NCBI RefSeq assembly: GCF_001194135.2 | Contig: NC_069006.1 | Span: 2,031,735-2,081,325, forward strand | Reading direction: 5' to 3' | DNA length: 49,591 nucleotides | DNA from: Octopus bimaculoides | Lineage: Eukaryota | Part shown: positions 46,557-49,591 of the stretch, piece by piece | Layout: each line of letters starts with the position of its first letter | Position numbering within the stretch: the first letter of the stretch is position 1 | The notes under the pieces: model-generated | Databases searched by the model: none | Told to the model about the DNA's origin: nothing | Seen by the model: the letters and a program-made list of their open reading frames with translations, nothing else | Position numbers and translations under genes: made by a program

Positions 46557-46946
46557 TTTAGCACGTTTTTGTTACTATTTACAATTGTTTCAGTACCACT
46601 CCCCACCCCTTATTTTTTGTTACATTCACATGAGTCTAACACAATGCATAGATTATCAAAGTATGGCTTTGATGGCAAACATTGTTAGATAAATTATTAT
46701 TCTTTGTCTTCAGAAAGGTTTTTGATGCCTAAATTTATGAAATTATTTTTATATGAATATTTTCGTCTGAAACAAAATGCACTGGGCATTATTGGGTTTT
46801 AAGGAGCCAACAAATTTCGATGACGGGCCCTATTTTTTTTAGTTCAACATCCACGTTTCTACCCCCTGTTATGACATTTTTCTAAAGGCTTTCATCAGCA
46901 TTCAGCCAATCAGACACCCACTTTCATTGATCTTTTTCTTACGTAG

Positions 46947-47099
46947 CCAGTTCACTTCAAATATTTCTGTACATCAAAGGAACACCAACCCTTTCCAGAT
47001 TGGATTGCCGCCGCAGACGATGGAAATAAATTGAGGAAGAATTTTTTAAGATACAATGTCTCTCCAAAGCCACTGTGTAAAAAAGACGACAGAAAATAA
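46947..47099 (+). CDS. Candidate terminal exon
   Basis: Acceptor tctttttcttacgtAG, then PVHFKYFCTSKEHQPFPDWIAAADDGNKLRKNFLRYNVSPKPLCKKDDRK-stop. Protein not recognised. Confidence 0.2.
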   Translation, partial: PVHFKYFCTSKEHQPFPDWIAAADDGNKLRKNFLRYNVSPKPLCKKDDRK

Positions 47100-47917
47100 T
47101 TTCAAAAATGTGTGTCAATAATACAAGTTATATGCATTAAACATGCATCGTTGGAGAAGTTGGACGACGCTGAGAGGAAATGATTTCCCAAGGGAAAAGA
47201 AAACTGTAATGAAGACGAAAGATGTGTCTCCGATGGTTTAAAGAAACAAATAACCGACAAGAATAGGAACCTGGGAAATATGTTATTCATNNNNNNNNNN
47301 NNNNNNNNNNNNNNNNNNNNNNNNNNNNNNNNNNNNNNNNNNNNNNNNNNNNNNNNNNNNNNNNNNNNNNNNNNNNNNNNNNNNNNNNNNATGTATGTAT
47401 GTATGTATGTATGTATGTATATACACATACATACATATTCACACATGCACTCACATGTAGTTGTTTGTGTTTATACTGTCATTTCGACTGATGACGTAAC
47501 ATGACCTTGCGTGACCTTCTGCTGGTTACGTCATCAATACTGTATATATACATGTGTGTGTGTGCATGTGCCTGTGTGTGTATGTGCATGTGTGTTTGTA
47601 TAAGGCCATGCTTATGTGTGTGTGTGTGTGTGTGTGTATACATATGTGGGTATATATATATATATATATATATATACCTGAGTATGTATCTAAGTGTCTG
47701 AGCACCCTGGTGTGTTTCTGGTATACGTGTGTGTATGCATGTGCATGTGTGTATGTGTGTGCATGTGTGTATGTGTCTGCATGTGTGTATGTGTGTGCAT
47801 ATATGTTTATGTATGTGTGTGTGTATGTGTACAAATGTGTATGTGTGTGTGTGTGAGTAGCTGAATCACTCCTCTTGAAGATAAACACTTCATTTATATG
47901 TCACATGGGCTTCTGCT

Positions 47918-48005
47918 GTTGCTTTTGTTGTTTAGCCCCAGGTCTGGAATGCTGATCAAATTATGGACCAAACAATGATCAAAAACCATTCCAGCTGTGG
48001 CTATC
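47918..48005 (-). mobile_element. 3' tail fragment, family G
   Basis: TTGTTGTTTAGCCCCAGGTC...ATGATCAAAAACCATTCCAGC. Confidence 0.6.
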
Positions 48006-48547
48006 CCACATTACATTCTTATTAAGCACCACACGATCTAATGGCTCATTCCCCCTTTTTTTGTGGGGTGGGTGGGGNNNNNNNNNNNNNNNNNNNNNNN
48101 NNNNNNNNNNNNNNNNNNNNNNNNNNNNNNNNNNNNNNNNNNNNNNNNNNNNNNNNNNNNNNNNNNNNNNNNNNNNNNNNNNNNNNNNNNNNNNNNNNNN
48201 NNNNNNNNNNNNNNNNNNNNNNNNNNNNNNNNNNNNNNNNNNNNNNNNNNNNNNNNNNNNNNNNNNNNNNNNNNNNNNNNNNNNNNNNNNNNNNNNNNNN
48301 NNNNNNNNNNNNNNNNNNNNNNNNNNNNNNNNNNNNNNNNNNNNNNNNNNNNNNNNNNNNNNNNNNNNNNNNNNNNNNNNNNNNNNNNNNNNNNNNNNNN
48401 NNNNNNNNNNNNNNNNNNNNNNNNNNNNNNNNNNNNNNNNNNNNNNNNNNNNNNNNNNNNNNNNNNNNNNNNNNNNNNNNNNNNNNNNNNNNNNNNNNNN
48501 NNNNNNNNNNNNNNNNNNNNNNNNNNNNNNNNNNNNNNNNNNNNNNA

Positions 48548-48651
48548 TGATGGTAGTGGTGATGGTGGCGGTGGTGGTGTTGAGATGATGGTGGTGGCGG
48601 TGGTGGTGATTGTGATGGTAGCAGTGTTTGTGGTAGTGTTGATGATGTCCG

Positions 48652-48685
<34 letters not shown>

Positions 48686-49130
48686 GGTGGTGGTGGTGGT
48701 GATAGCTCAATTGCCAGAAGTGTGGAAGATGCTATAATGTCAGTTGAAGGCCAATATTAAGCACAGCAACAATGACAACAGCATCATTAACACTCACCAC
48801 CACCACCACCACCACTACCATAATTTTCATCACCACCATTATCATCTCTGCTACCACCACAACCACCAGCACTACCATCGCTACCTCCACCACCACCAGC
48901 ATCATCACGACCACCATTATCATCTCTACTACCACCACTGCCACTACTACCACCACCACCGGTACCAACACCACCACTACCACTACCACAGCCACCACTA
49001 CCAGCGTCACCACTACCACCCACCACCACCACCTTCAACACCCCCACTACCACCACCACAACCACCAGCACCATTATCATCTGTACTACCACCACCACCA
49101 CCACCTGTACCAACACCATCACCACTGCAA
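48548..49130. repeat. (GGT/GAT)n and (CAC)n low-complexity blocks
   Basis: Direct runs. Confidence 0.9.
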
Positions 49131-49359
49131 ACTACAGATATTTGGTCTTATAAAGCTGTAGTATGGTCTGTGGTCTTTCTTGGTTTGTGGCTATGCAAGC
49201 GTAAGGATGTGTGTGTGTGTGTGTGTGAACAGCTGAGTATGTCTCTTGTTATGAATGTGAGAGTGTGGTAATGTGGTGGTGGCGGCGGTGGTGGTTGAGT
49301 GGGGGGTGGGGGTGATGTTGTTGTTTTTGTTATTTGTAGCAGCATATTCAAACTGTACA

Positions 49360-49520
49360 TCCAGTCAACATCACACTGTGTCCATGTCCAGTCAACATCT
49401 ACACATTCTGTCTGTCTGTCTGTCTACTCAGTCAACATCAACAGACCTTTCCTGTCTATCTTAGTCAACATCTATTTAACAGTCTTTATTTATCTTGTCT
49501 AAATCCAGTCAACATCGACA
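49360..49520. repeat. Five copies of AGTCAACATC with variable spacers
   Basis: Starts at 49363, 49390, 49430, 49463 and 49507. Confidence 0.75.
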
Positions 49521-49591
49521 CGCTGTCCGTTTTTCTTTCTACACATTGTGTCTACCTACCTACCTACCTGTTTACCTATCTATCTATCCAT

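Noticed and set aside
3133-48737. ORFs of 170-430 aa made mostly of X
   Set aside because: They span N-runs and are artefacts of ORF calling across assembly gaps.
49360-49520. CRISPR array
   Set aside because: The repeat is only 10 bp, the spacers are related to each other, the context is eukaryotic and there are no cas genes.

Overview
Repeat-saturated, AT-rich animal genomic DNA from a gapped draft assembly (about 21 N-runs, about 7.8 kb). The SINE types and microsatellite load suggest a cephalopod, probably Octopus (inference). No complete protein-coding gene is visible, and most ORFs in the track are simple repeats or N-runs read in frame. Supported content: (1) a minus-strand tRNA-Thr(TGT) birth-and-death array at about 32.9-40.8 kb, with 3-4 intact-looking genes, several pseudogenes/relics and a tandem segmental unit whose layout predicts another copy inside the 38261-39079 gap; (2) two decayed RLE-type (R4/Dong-like) non-LTR retrotransposon 3' fragments; (3) two internally deleted mariners, two pogo/Tigger-type MITEs and a TTAA piggyBac-type MITE with one MITE nested inside it; (4) many modular tRNA-derived SINEs; (5) a few isolated candidate exons. 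The most unusual observation is a two-copy dispersed repeat (about 28.7 and 44.5 kb, minus strand). It keeps the hammerhead-ribozyme core words CTGANGA and GAAAC and shows compensatory base-pair changes between copies, but its three strands lie in a non-circularly-permuted, pseudoknotted order. This is an untested structural inference. All alignments and pairings were done by eye.
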